DNA of 64,000 nucleotides from Candidatus Tayloriibacteriota bacterium (GTDB taxonomy: Bacteria > Patescibacteriota > Minisyncoccia > Phycocordibacterales > PALSA-1337), in NCBI GenBank assembly GCA_003151615.1, contig PLXZ01000001.1:352124-416123 (forward strand), read 5' to 3'. The translations under genes and the position numbers were made by a program. Position 1 is the stretch's first letter, and each line of letters begins with the position of its first letter. Under the pieces are notes generated by a model that saw only the letters and a program-made list of their open reading frames with translations, did no database searches and was not told the origin of the DNA. This document shows, piece after piece, positions 50,870-59,839 of the stretch.

Positions 50870-50915
50870 TGGTTGAAAGTTTGCCTCAACTCGTGCTTGT
50901 CACTGCCAGAGGGCG

Positions 50916-50924
50916 TTATCCACA
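50916..50924 (+). promoter_or_regulatory. single consensus DnaA box upstream of nrdD
   Basis: TTATCCACA, 83 nt upstream of the nrdD start. Confidence 0.45.
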
Positions 50925-51007
50925 TATTTCATGATTGCGAAACATTGAAACTAGAGCGATAATGGAACAATATCACTCGTTTAATAAATTTTTTTAATAA
51001 TGCACAC

Positions 51008-53197
51008 ATGTTTATGACAATAATAAAGAGGGATGGTACGGAGGTTACGTTTGAAGAAGGCAAAATTGCGCGGGCGATCGCTCAGGCAGGCAGGGCGACC
51101 GGCGAATTCGACGAGACCGAAGCGAAAAAACTGACGGAGAGCGTCATCGCCGCCGTTTTGAAAAAAAGAGACGGCGATCCGGCGCAACACGTGCCCCGCG
51201 TCGAGGAAATTCAGGACGTGGTTGAGCAGATACTCATGCGTTCGCGATTCAAATTGACGGCAAAAGCCTATATTCTCTATCGAGCCCAACACGCGGAAAT
51301 GCGAGCTTTCGCCACGGCGGCGTCGCTTGGCCTTGTCGATAATTATTTGGAAAAGCTCGACTGGCAGGTGAAGGAAAACAGCAACATGGGCTATTCGCTC
51401 CAGGGCCTCAACAACTATATTTTTTCCGAAGTCAGCAAAACGTACTGGCTCAATAAAATCTATCCGAAGGAAGTTCGCGCGGCGTACGAATCGGGCGACA
51501 TGCACATCCACGATTTAGGCACACTCTCCATTTATTGCGTCGGCTGGGATCTGATGGACCTTCTCACGGAGGGATTCAAGGGCGTTTCGGATAAAATTGA
51601 ATCCGCTCCGCCGAAGCATTTCCGTTCGGCTCTCGGCCAGATCGTCAATTTCATGTACACCTTGCAGGGCGAGGCCGCCGGCGCCATCGCATTTTCAAAT
51701 TTCGACACGCTCCTCGCTCCGTTCATCAGATACGACGGTCTGACCGCCGATGAAGTCAAGCAATGCATGCAGGAATTTGTTTTCAACATGAATGTGCCGA
51801 CGCGCGTCGGTTTCCAGACGCCGTTTTCAAACATAACCCTCGATTTGACTCCGTCGGTCAACTTCAAAAATCTGCCGGTCATGATTGGCGGCAAACCGCA
51901 ACGCGAAAAATATTCCGAATTCCAGAGGGAAATGGATATTTTGAATACGGCATTGTTTGCCGTCATGAGCGAAGGCGACGCCGCCGGCCGGGTCTTCACA
52001 TTCCCGATTCCGACGGTCAACGTCACGAAGGATTTCGATTGGAACAATCCGAATTTGAAGGGGCTTTGGGAAATCACCGCGAAATACGGCGTGCCGTACT
52101 TCAGTAATTTCGTCAATTCCGACATGAAGCCGGAAGATACGCGTTCGATGTGCTGTCGTCTGCGTCTGGATTTGCAGGAGCTTGATCGACGCGGCGGGGG
52201 ACTCTTCGGCGCGAATGCCTTGACCGGTTCGGTCGGCGTCGTGACGATAAATATTCCACGTCTCGGATATATGGCCAGAAACAAGGCCAAAACGGCGAAA
52301 GAAGCCAAAGAAAAATTCCTGAAACTTCTCGCGGAGAAAATGGATATTGCGCGCGAAAGCCTCGAAATCAAGCGAAAAATGATCGAACGTTTGACCGACG
52401 CCAATCTGTATCCGTACACGAAATTTTATCTCAGAAAAATAAAGGAGAGCCTCGGCGAATATTGGAAAAATCATTTTTCGACAATCGGTTTGGTTGGATT
52501 GAACGAAGCGGCGGTCAATCTGATTGGTCATGACATTGGTTCGGCTGAAGGGCAGGCATTCGCCGGAGAGGTTCTCGACTTCATGCGCCAGAGGCTCGTC
52601 TCGTATCAAAAAGAAACCGGCAATCTGTACAATTTGGAGGCGACGCCGGCGGAAGGTACGGCGTACCGTTTGGCGTTGAAGGACAAAAAATTGTATCCGG
52701 ATATTATTGTCGCGAACGAAGCGGAATTCGCGAAAGGGGCCCAGCCGTTTTACACGAATTCGTCGCATGTGCCGGTCAATTATACAAGTGACATTGTCGA
52801 GTTGCTCAATATTCAGGATAATCTTCAAACGAAATATACCGGAGGAACGGTCATCCACCTGTTTCTCGGCGAACGCATCGCCGATCCGTCCGCCGTGCCG
52901 GCCCTCGTGAAAAAAATCTGCGAGAATTACCGTCTGCCGTATTTCACCCTGACGCCGACATTCAGCGTCTGTTCGTCGCACGGATATATCAAGGGCGAAA
53001 AGCCCCTCTGTCCGACATGCCACAAGGAGTGCGAAGTATATTCCCGCGTCGTCGGTTACTTGCGTCCCGTCGGCCAGTGGAACGAGGGCAAGCAGGCTGA
53101 ATTTTCTCTGCGCCGAAAATTCACGCCGGAATTCATCGAAGTCGGCGGGGCTCGGGTCGAAGCCCTGTCGGCAGTTTCCGCCGATCCTTCGGCGTAA
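51008..53197 (+). CDS. nrdD: anaerobic (class III) ribonucleotide reductase with ATP-cone
   Basis: IIKRDG ATP cone, HIHDL, YCVGW, SMCCRL, EATPAEG, CxxH/CxxC, YSRVVGYLRP glycyl-radical motif. Confidence 0.96.
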   Translation: MFMTIIKRDGTEVTFEEGKIARAIAQAGRATGEFDETEAKKLTESVIAAVLKKRDGDPAQHVPRVEEIQDVVEQILMRSRFKLTAKAYILYRAQHAEMRAFATAASLGLVDNYLEKLDWQVKENSNMGYSLQGLNNYIFSEVSKTYWLNKIYPKEVRAAYESGDMHIHDLGTLSIYCVGWDLMDLLTEGFKGVSDKIESAPPKHFRSALGQIVNFMYTLQGEAAGAIAFSNFDTLLAPFIRYDGLTADEVKQCMQEFVFNMNVPTRVGFQTPFSNITLDLTPSVNFKNLPVMIGGKPQREKYSEFQREMDILNTALFAVMSEGDAAGRVFTFPIPTVNVTKDFDWNNPNLKGLWEITAKYGVPYFSNFVNSDMKPEDTRSMCCRLRLDLQELDRRGGGLFGANALTGSVGVVTINIPRLGYMARNKAKTAKEAKEKFLKLLAEKMDIARESLEIKRKMIERLTDANLYPYTKFYLRKIKESLGEYWKNHFSTIGLVGLNEAAVNLIGHDIGSAEGQAFAGEVLDFMRQRLVSYQKETGNLYNLEATPAEGTAYRLALKDKKLYPDIIVANEAEFAKGAQPFYTNSSHVPVNYTSDIVELLNIQDNLQTKYTGGTVIHLFLGERIADPSAVPALVKKICENYRLPYFTLTPTFSVCSSHGYIKGEKPLCPTCHKECEVYSRVVGYLRPVGQWNEGKQAEFSLRRKFTPEFIEVGGARVEALSAVSADPSA

Positions 53198-53207
53198 TTT
53201 CGCCGCC

Positions 53208-53897
53208 ATGAAATTCGGCGGGCTCGAGAAAATCACGCTCATTGATTATCCGGGGAAAATTGCGTGCATGGTGTACACCATCGGCTGCAACTTCCGCTGT
53301 CCGTATTGCCACAATCCGGAACTCGTCGACGAAACGGTGGTAGACACGATTTCGGAGAGAAAAGTCCTGGAATTTCTCGACGGGAGGCGCGCAATGCTCG
53401 ATGCAGTCGTCGTCACCGGCGGGGAACCAACCATGCATGGCGAGGCTTTGCTGTGCTTTCTCAAAAAAGTCAAAGCGAGAGGCTTTTTGGTCAAGCTCGA
53501 TTCGAACGGCACCAACCCGGAGATTTTGAAAAGGGCGATTGACGGAAAATTGGTCGATTATGTCGCCATGGACATTAAATCACCAATGTCGAAATACGCG
53601 CAGGTCGTGGCCCGGCCGGTCGACGTGGCCGCAATCCGCGCGAGTATTGAGTTGCTGATTTCTTCACCCGTCGAATATGAATTTCGCACGACGGTCATAA
53701 AGGCCTTGTGCTCGCCGGAGGATATCGACGAAATCGGGCGCGAAATTCGCGGCGCTCGGCGATATTTTCTTCAAAAATTTGTTCCGACGAAGTTGCTTAA
53801 TCCGCAATTTTTGAAGAAAGTCACGTACAGCGACGCGGAGTTTGAAGCTTTCCGGAAAAAAATGAACACATATGTCACATATTGCGGTATCAGATAA
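53208..53897 (+). CDS. nrdG: class III RNR activating radical-SAM enzyme
   Basis: GCNFRCPYCHNP, TGGEPT, KLDSNG. Confidence 0.94.
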   Translation: MKFGGLEKITLIDYPGKIACMVYTIGCNFRCPYCHNPELVDETVVDTISERKVLEFLDGRRAMLDAVVVTGGEPTMHGEALLCFLKKVKARGFLVKLDSNGTNPEILKRAIDGKLVDYVAMDIKSPMSKYAQVVARPVDVAAIRASIELLISSPVEYEFRTTVIKALCSPEDIDEIGREIRGARRYFLQKFVPTKLLNPQFLKKVTYSDAEFEAFRKKMNTYVTYCGIR

Positions 53898-55134
53898 AAA
53901 ACATAAACGCAGCGTCTATCTTGACCATGCGGCGTCGACGCCGATTGATAGGTCGGTGCTTTTGAAGATGCTTCCGTATTTCGGCGGAGAATACGGCAAT
54001 CCGTCGTCGATGCATTCCTCCGGCCGCCGCGCCGGTCAGGCTATTGACCGCGCCCGCCGGGAAATTGCCGACATTCTCGATTGCTTGCCCGAAGAAGTTA
54101 TTTTTACCGGCTCGGGCACCGAGTCCGACAATCTGGCCTTGCGCGGAGTGGCGCATGCGTACCGGCATGCCGGCGACCACATCATAATTTCAGCCATTGA
54201 ACACAAGGCAGTAACTGAATCGGCGAAACTTCTCGAAAAGCAAGGATTCAAGGTCAGCATTGCGCCGGTCAATGCGTATGGTTTCGTCGATATTCCGGCA
54301 TGCGTCCGGTTGATTACCGAAAAAACAATTTTAATTTCGGTCATGTACGCCAATAATGAAATCGGCACGATCGAGCCGATACGGGAACTTTCAACGGCGA
54401 TCCGCGTATGGCGCATGGACAACGGCGGTCGCTCGTTTCCGTTTATCCATACCGATGCATGCCAAGCCGCCGGATTTTTGCCGCTCAACGTCAACGAGCT
54501 CGGCGTCGATCTCATGACGATTAACGGTTCGAAAATATACGGACCGAAAGGCATCGGCATTTTGTATAAAAAAAGAGGCATCAGTCTGGCGCCGATAGTG
54601 GTCGGCGGCGAGCAGGAGAAAAATTTGCGCGCCGGGACGGAAAGCGTGGCTCTCATCGTCGGTTTTGCGAAGGCTCTGTGTCTCGCCGACAGTTTGAAGG
54701 AAGTCGAAAGCGCCCGCCTGATTGAACTTCGCGATTATTTTTTCGAAGGCTTGTTGCGTTCGATTCCCGGCTCGATTAAAAACGGCCATCGCATGATGCG
54801 TTTGCCGAACAATGTCCATATTTCCATTCCGAATATAGAGGGCGAGTCGATTCTTCTCATGCTCGATAAACTGGGAGTTGAAGCTTCGACCGGTTCGGCC
54901 TGCTCCGCATATGATTTGAAGCCTTCGCACGTATTGCTCGCCATCGGACAGACCTCCGAGTTCGCGCACGGAAGCATCCGTTTTTCAATGGGCAGAAGCA
55001 CGACGAAAAGCGACGTCGATTATGTTTTGTCGGTATTTCCGTCGATTGTCCGGCAATTGTCGGGAATTTCTTCACTCACTGCGAGCATCAAACCCCGGCA
55101 TATTTCCGCCACAGCAAAAATTTCAAAATCATGA
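53872..55134 (+). CDS. iscS: cysteine desulfurase
   Basis: YLDHAASTP, HTDACQ, GSKIYGPKG, STGSAC. Confidence 0.94.
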   Translation: MSHIAVSDKKHKRSVYLDHAASTPIDRSVLLKMLPYFGGEYGNPSSMHSSGRRAGQAIDRARREIADILDCLPEEVIFTGSGTESDNLALRGVAHAYRHAGDHIIISAIEHKAVTESAKLLEKQGFKVSIAPVNAYGFVDIPACVRLITEKTILISVMYANNEIGTIEPIRELSTAIRVWRMDNGGRSFPFIHTDACQAAGFLPLNVNELGVDLMTINGSKIYGPKGIGILYKKRGISLAPIVVGGEQEKNLRAGTESVALIVGFAKALCLADSLKEVESARLIELRDYFFEGLLRSIPGSIKNGHRMMRLPNNVHISIPNIEGESILLMLDKLGVEASTGSACSAYDLKPSHVLLAIGQTSEFAHGSIRFSMGRSTTKSDVDYVLSVFPSIVRQLSGISSLTASIKPRHISATAKISKS

Positions 55135-55604
55135 AAAAAATAAAAACAAAAATATCGCCAAAAACAAAAGGGCAAAAGACAAAACTGTGCGACGTTCAGG
55201 ATTGGCTGTACAGCGATATTGTGAAGGATCATTTTTTCAATCCGCGCAATATTTTGCTCGACGAGACGAATTATGTCGCCGACGGCGTGGGCGTTGTCGG
55301 TTCTCCGGCCTGCGGCGACATGATGGCGGTATGGATAAAAGTCGATCCGAAAACCAAACGCATTGCCGAATGCAAATGGCGTACCTTTGGCTGTGCATCG
55401 GCCATTGCGTCGACGTCAATGATGTCGGTTATGGCCACCGAAAACGGCGGTATGACGCTCGCGCGGGCGAAGAGACTGTCGCCGGAAGAAATTATCGAGC
55501 GGCTCTCCGGTCTGCCGAACCGGAAGTATCATTGTTCGGTGCTCGGGCAGAACGCTTTGCGCGAAGCAATCGAGGACTATCAAAAAATGTTTCGTGAAAA
55601 ATAA
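55131..55604 (+). CDS. iscU: Fe-S cluster scaffold protein
   Basis: DHFFNPRN, GSPACGD, TFGCASAIA, KYHCS. Confidence 0.93.
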   Translation: MKKIKTKISPKTKGQKTKLCDVQDWLYSDIVKDHFFNPRNILLDETNYVADGVGVVGSPACGDMMAVWIKVDPKTKRIAECKWRTFGCASAIASTSMMSVMATENGGMTLARAKRLSPEEIIERLSGLPNRKYHCSVLGQNALREAIEDYQKMFREK

Positions 55605-56349
55605 TACTATGACCGAAGAAATACGAAAAACATACCGGGTTGTTGAAAAAGTGACGGAGGCGCCGTCGGTTTCGACGATCAAACTTGTCATTGATGATGG
55701 TGTGAAGAAAAATATTGTTCCGCCGTTTCATCCGGGACAATTCATTAATGTATATTTCCCGGAACTCGGAACTCCGGAAGGGAAGGCATACAGCATATCG
55801 AGCTCACCGTTGGAAAAGACGCTCAATATTACGGTGAAGGCAATGGGTCAATTTTCGAATAAACTCTGCGCACTCGAAAAAGGCGACATGATTACGGCGT
55901 CATTGCCGTACGGATATTTTTACAGCGAATCGGACGAGACGTCGATTGTCATGATTGCCGGGGGTATCGGCATCGCTCCGTTTCGAAGCATGATTTTTGA
56001 TGCGGCCGCGCGAACTCCGCAAAGAAAGCTGAGGCTTTTTTGCAGTTATCGCGCGGCCGCCGACATCATTTTCAGGAAAGAACTCGACGCGCTGTCGGCG
56101 GCCGCGCCCTGCGACTTCAAGGTTTTTTATTTCGTCACCCGCGAAGAATGCCGCGATCCGGCAGTCATTTCCGGACGCATGTCGGTCAATGACATCATCG
56201 GCAACGCAAAAAAAGGCCGCAAAAACATAGCCGGAAGGGAATTTTTCATGTGCGGCTCCATCCAGTTCGTCGGCAGTTTCTGGAAGGCCCTCCGCAAGCA
56301 GGGTGTTCTCGAGGAAATGATGTGCACCGAATCGTTTTTCTCGCATTGA
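55594..56349 (+). CDS. FAD/NAD(P)-binding oxidoreductase (FNR-like)
   Basis: PGQF, AYSISS, PYGYF, AGGIGIAPF, MCGS, ESF. Confidence 0.9.
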   Translation: MKNNTMTEEIRKTYRVVEKVTEAPSVSTIKLVIDDGVKKNIVPPFHPGQFINVYFPELGTPEGKAYSISSSPLEKTLNITVKAMGQFSNKLCALEKGDMITASLPYGYFYSESDETSIVMIAGGIGIAPFRSMIFDAAARTPQRKLRLFCSYRAAADIIFRKELDALSAAAPCDFKVFYFVTREECRDPAVISGRMSVNDIIGNAKKGRKNIAGREFFMCGSIQFVGSFWKALRKQGVLEEMMCTESFFSH

Positions 56350-56397
56350 ATTTTTTTGGCCGGGCGTATATACTGCTAGTATATAATTATCGAAACT

Positions 56398-56736
56398 ATG
56401 AAATCAAAAATACTTTCAAAAAAACAAAATCCGCTGTCGCCGCTGCCGAAGGAAGCCTACGAAAAAAACGCCCTTATTTACAAAATCCTTTCCAATTCGA
56501 AACGGCTCGAGATCCTGAACATTTTGAAGAAAAAAGAAACATCGGTCGAGACGCTCCTCGGCATTACGCGTTTACCGAAGGCTAATCTCTCCCAACACCT
56601 CGCATTGATGCGGCATAACGGCCTGGTCGTGCCGCGTCGCGACGGCCTCAACATTTTCTACAGCATCGTCGATCCGCGCATCGTCGAGCCGTGCAAAATT
56701 CTCCACCAGCTCCGCCATCAGTCGCGTGTGATATAG
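56398..56736 (+). CDS. ArsR/SmtB family transcriptional regulator
   Basis: LSNSKRLEILNIL, ANLSQHLALMR, RRDG. Confidence 0.9.
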   Translation: MKSKILSKKQNPLSPLPKEAYEKNALIYKILSNSKRLEILNILKKKETSVETLLGITRLPKANLSQHLALMRHNGLVVPRRDGLNIFYSIVDPRIVEPCKILHQLRHQSRVI

Positions 56737-56740
56737 CACA

Positions 56741-57754
56741 ATGAACATCATATTTTTCGAAACGACAAAAGAGGAGCAGTCAGCCTTGTCCGCGCTGGTG
56801 TCAGGCGCCGACTGCACTTTTGTGTCCGAAAAATTGGATGCGAAAATTGCCGCTCTCCATCCTGACGCCGAAATTATTTCGACGTTCATCAACTCCGAAA
56901 TTTCAAAGGAAGTGATTGACGCATTGCCGAAACTGAAACTCATTTCAACTCGCTCGACCGGCTACGATCACATCGACGTCGAATACGCCAAAAGCAAAGG
57001 CATAGCCGTTTCCAACGTTCCGTCATACGGCTCGCGAACCGTCGCCGAATTCGCTTTCGCTCTCATGCTCGATCTCTCGAGAAAAGTTTCAGATGCGAAC
57101 CGGCAGATACGCCAGGACGGCAGTTTCGACATCACCAATTTTCGCGGCTTTGACTTGTTTGGCAAAACTCTCGGCGTCATTGGCACCGGAAAAATCGGCA
57201 AAAATGTCATCAAAATCGCCAAAGGTTTCGGCATGAACGTCGTCGCGTTCGACGCTTTTCCCGACGCGCAATTCGCCGCCGAAGTCGGCTTCACCTATAT
57301 GCCGCTCGCAGGCCTTCTCGCCGTATCCGATATCGTCACCATCCACACTCTATATAATAAAGACACATTTCATTTGATAAACAAGGACAATGCGAAGCTT
57401 TTCAAAAAGGGCGCATACCTCATCAATACCGCGCGCGGCGAAATTGTAGATACGGAGGCCCTCATCTGGGCCATTGAACAGAAAATCCTGGCTGGAGCCG
57501 GCCTCGATGTTCTCGAAGGCGAGCGAAAATTGAAGGAAGAAGCGGAATTTTTGTTCAACAGCAGAAATGCCGCTGACGACCAGAGTTTCAGAACCCTCAT
57601 CGAAGACCACATGCTTATGGACATGCCGAACGTCATCGTCACTCCGCACATCGCTTTTTCTTCGCGCGAAGCCGAAGCGGAAATTTTGAAGACGTCCGCG
57701 GAAAACGTCATGGCTTTTGCCAAAGGCTCGGTCATAAATTCCGTCATAAAATAA
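56741..57754 (+). CDS. D-2-hydroxyacid dehydrogenase (D-lactate/glycerate dehydrogenase family)
   Basis: RSTGYDHID, GVIGTGKIG, INTARG, LDVLE, TPHIAF. Confidence 0.92.
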   Translation: MNIIFFETTKEEQSALSALVSGADCTFVSEKLDAKIAALHPDAEIISTFINSEISKEVIDALPKLKLISTRSTGYDHIDVEYAKSKGIAVSNVPSYGSRTVAEFAFALMLDLSRKVSDANRQIRQDGSFDITNFRGFDLFGKTLGVIGTGKIGKNVIKIAKGFGMNVVAFDAFPDAQFAAEVGFTYMPLAGLLAVSDIVTIHTLYNKDTFHLINKDNAKLFKKGAYLINTARGEIVDTEALIWAIEQKILAGAGLDVLEGERKLKEEAEFLFNSRNAADDQSFRTLIEDHMLMDMPNVIVTPHIAFSSREAEAEILKTSAENVMAFAKGSVINSVIK

Positions 57755-59022
57755 TGACAACAAAATGGATACACAATTTCGAAGAACTGGCGACAACTGA
57801 AAACAGGAAATTGGCTTTGAACATAGCCGAAGCCGGACTCGACGCGATTAACACCGAGAAAATCATACGGGCGTCGGTCAAGCTCGACGGAAATATATTG
57901 TCGGTGCAGAGTGCGCAATTCGATCTCTCGAAATTCAAGAGAATCAAAGTCATCGGTTTCGGAAAAGCTTCATGCGAGGCGGCGCACGCTCTCGAACAAG
58001 TCATGGGTCCGAAAATAAACGAAGGCGTGGTCATCGGACTGAATGCCATCAAATGCGATTACATAGAAACGTTTGCGGGAAGCCATCCGAAGCCTTCGTT
58101 CGTCAACATTGCGGCCGGCCGGAAAATTTTTGAAATAGGATCCGGTTCGACTGCGGATGATTTGGTCATCGTCATCGTTTCCGGCGGCGGCTCGTCTCTC
58201 CTGTGCTGGCCGGAAAGTGAATGTGATCAGGAAATAAAACTCTACGACAAATTCATCGACCGCGGCGAAAACATCATCGAATTGAATACGGTCAGGAAAC
58301 ATATATCGCATTTGAAGGGAGGGGGGTTGGCAAAACTTTTGTATCCCGCGACGGTTGTCGGCCTCATTTTTTCCGACGTCGCCGGTGATCATTTTGAAGA
58401 TGTCGCATCCGGTCCGACATACAAGGATTCCTCGACAATCGCCGACGCCGAAAAAATCATACAAAAATACAATCTCGGTGCTTTTGAACTGGTCGAGACG
58501 ACAAAAGACGATATGTATTTTAAAAACGTCACAAATTTCGTGCTCGTATCGAACCATACGGCGCTCGCCGCGATGAAAAAACAGGCCGAAGATTCCGGCT
58601 TTGCCGTCGAAATCATTTCATCGGAATTGTTCGATGAGACAGGTATTGCCCTGCGAAAAATGTTCGAAAAAAAGAAGCCGGGTACGGTTGTGCTGGCAGG
58701 CGGGGAAACGCTCGTTGTCGGGGATAAAACGGGCGGAAGCGGCGGCAGATGCCTGTTTATGGGCATTAACGCCCTTGATCTCGTCGGCGACGATTCCGTG
58801 TTCATACCGCTTGCCTCCGACGGAATCGACAACAGTCCGGCGGCCGGAGTCGTCGTCGACCGCGAGACTGCGGCGCAAGCAAAAAGTCTGTCGCTCGACA
58901 AAGCCGATTATATCCGGCGTTTCGATTCGTATGAATTTTTCGAGAAGACCGGCGGCGTCATTTCCACCGGTCCGACGAATGCGAACGTTTCCGACCTGAT
59001 GATTTTATTAACCCAAAAATAA
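57754..59022 (+). CDS. glycerate 2-kinase (DUF4147/MOFRL family)
   Basis: GFGKAS, HPKP, SGGGSSL, NTVRKHISHLKGG, SDVAGD, ASGPT, GGET, ASDGID, TGPTNANVSD. Confidence 0.92.
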   Translation: MTTKWIHNFEELATTENRKLALNIAEAGLDAINTEKIIRASVKLDGNILSVQSAQFDLSKFKRIKVIGFGKASCEAAHALEQVMGPKINEGVVIGLNAIKCDYIETFAGSHPKPSFVNIAAGRKIFEIGSGSTADDLVIVIVSGGGSSLLCWPESECDQEIKLYDKFIDRGENIIELNTVRKHISHLKGGGLAKLLYPATVVGLIFSDVAGDHFEDVASGPTYKDSSTIADAEKIIQKYNLGAFELVETTKDDMYFKNVTNFVLVSNHTALAAMKKQAEDSGFAVEIISSELFDETGIALRKMFEKKKPGTVVLAGGETLVVGDKTGGSGGRCLFMGINALDLVGDDSVFIPLASDGIDNSPAAGVVVDRETAAQAKSLSLDKADYIRRFDSYEFFEKTGGVISTGPTNANVSDLMILLTQK

Positions 59023-59035
59023 TTCAACATACACC

Positions 59036-59839
59036 ATGCAAACAAAATCACAAATCGTAGCGACCATCGGACCTTCATCGCAGGACAAGGATATTTTGAA
59101 GCAAATGATTTCGCATGGCATGGCTGTGGCGCGTCTCAATTTTTCATGGGGAAGTTTGGAGGAACACGCACAATATATGGAGCATATCCGCGCGGCCGCC
59201 GGCGAGACCGGGGCAGAAGTTCTCATCATGCAGGATCTCTCCGGTCCGCGGGTGCAGAATGTTTCGGGACATACGTTCAACGTCAATGCGAAGGAAACGA
59301 TAACGCCGAAGGATTTGGTCGATCTGCAATTTGGATTGGAACAGAAGGTTGATTATGTGGCGATGTCGTTCGTCGGATCGGCGAGGGACATATTGGAATT
59401 AAAATCGATTATAGCGAAAGCGGGAAAGACAACTCCGGTCATCGCCAAAATCGAACGCGAAATCGCCGTCAAAAATATCGATGAAATTATCGCGGTTTCC
59501 GACGCGATCATGATTGCCCGCGGCGATTTGGGCAACGACGTGCCGATTGAAAAAATTCCATTCATCGAGCGGACGATTCTCGATAAGTGCAAAAAAGCCG
59601 GTAAACCCGTCATTACCGCGACCCAAATGATGCTGTCGATGGTTTCGAGCGAAATGCCGACGCGAGCCGAGGTCACCGACGTCGCTTTCGCAATCCTGGG
59701 CGGTTCGGACGCAGTCATGCTCTCCGAAGAAACTGCAAACGGAAAATATCCCGTCAAAGCCGTCGAAATGATGGAAAAAATTATCGCCGAAGCGGAACTG
59801 CATTTGAAAGGGAGTGCGCAATTCAATCATTTAACGTAA
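59036..59839 (+). CDS. pyk: pyruvate kinase, short form
   Basis: IVATIGP, ARLNFS, DLSGP, AKIE, MIARGDLG, TATQM, PTRAEVTD, MLSEETANG. Confidence 0.93.
   Translation: MQTKSQIVATIGPSSQDKDILKQMISHGMAVARLNFSWGSLEEHAQYMEHIRAAAGETGAEVLIMQDLSGPRVQNVSGHTFNVNAKETITPKDLVDLQFGLEQKVDYVAMSFVGSARDILELKSIIAKAGKTTPVIAKIEREIAVKNIDEIIAVSDAIMIARGDLGNDVPIEKIPFIERTILDKCKKAGKPVITATQMMLSMVSSEMPTRAEVTDVAFAILGGSDAVMLSEETANGKYPVKAVEMMEKIIAEAELHLKGSAQFNHLT

Larger units (their letters stand above)
39259..50870. mobile_element. tRNA-adjacent genomic island / phage-satellite-like element
   Basis: Serine recombinase next to the tRNA, compositionally heterogeneous cargo, terminase-like and ParB-methyltransferase genes; boundaries approximate. 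Confidence 0.7.

Noticed and set aside
50916-50924. DnaA box as a replication origin
   Set aside because: Single box, with no cluster or dnaA nearby
51827-53242. 471-aa minus-strand ORF, and similar long antisense ORFs in secA, gatA and iscS
   Set aside because: Antisense shadows of well-conserved genes with no motifs of their own
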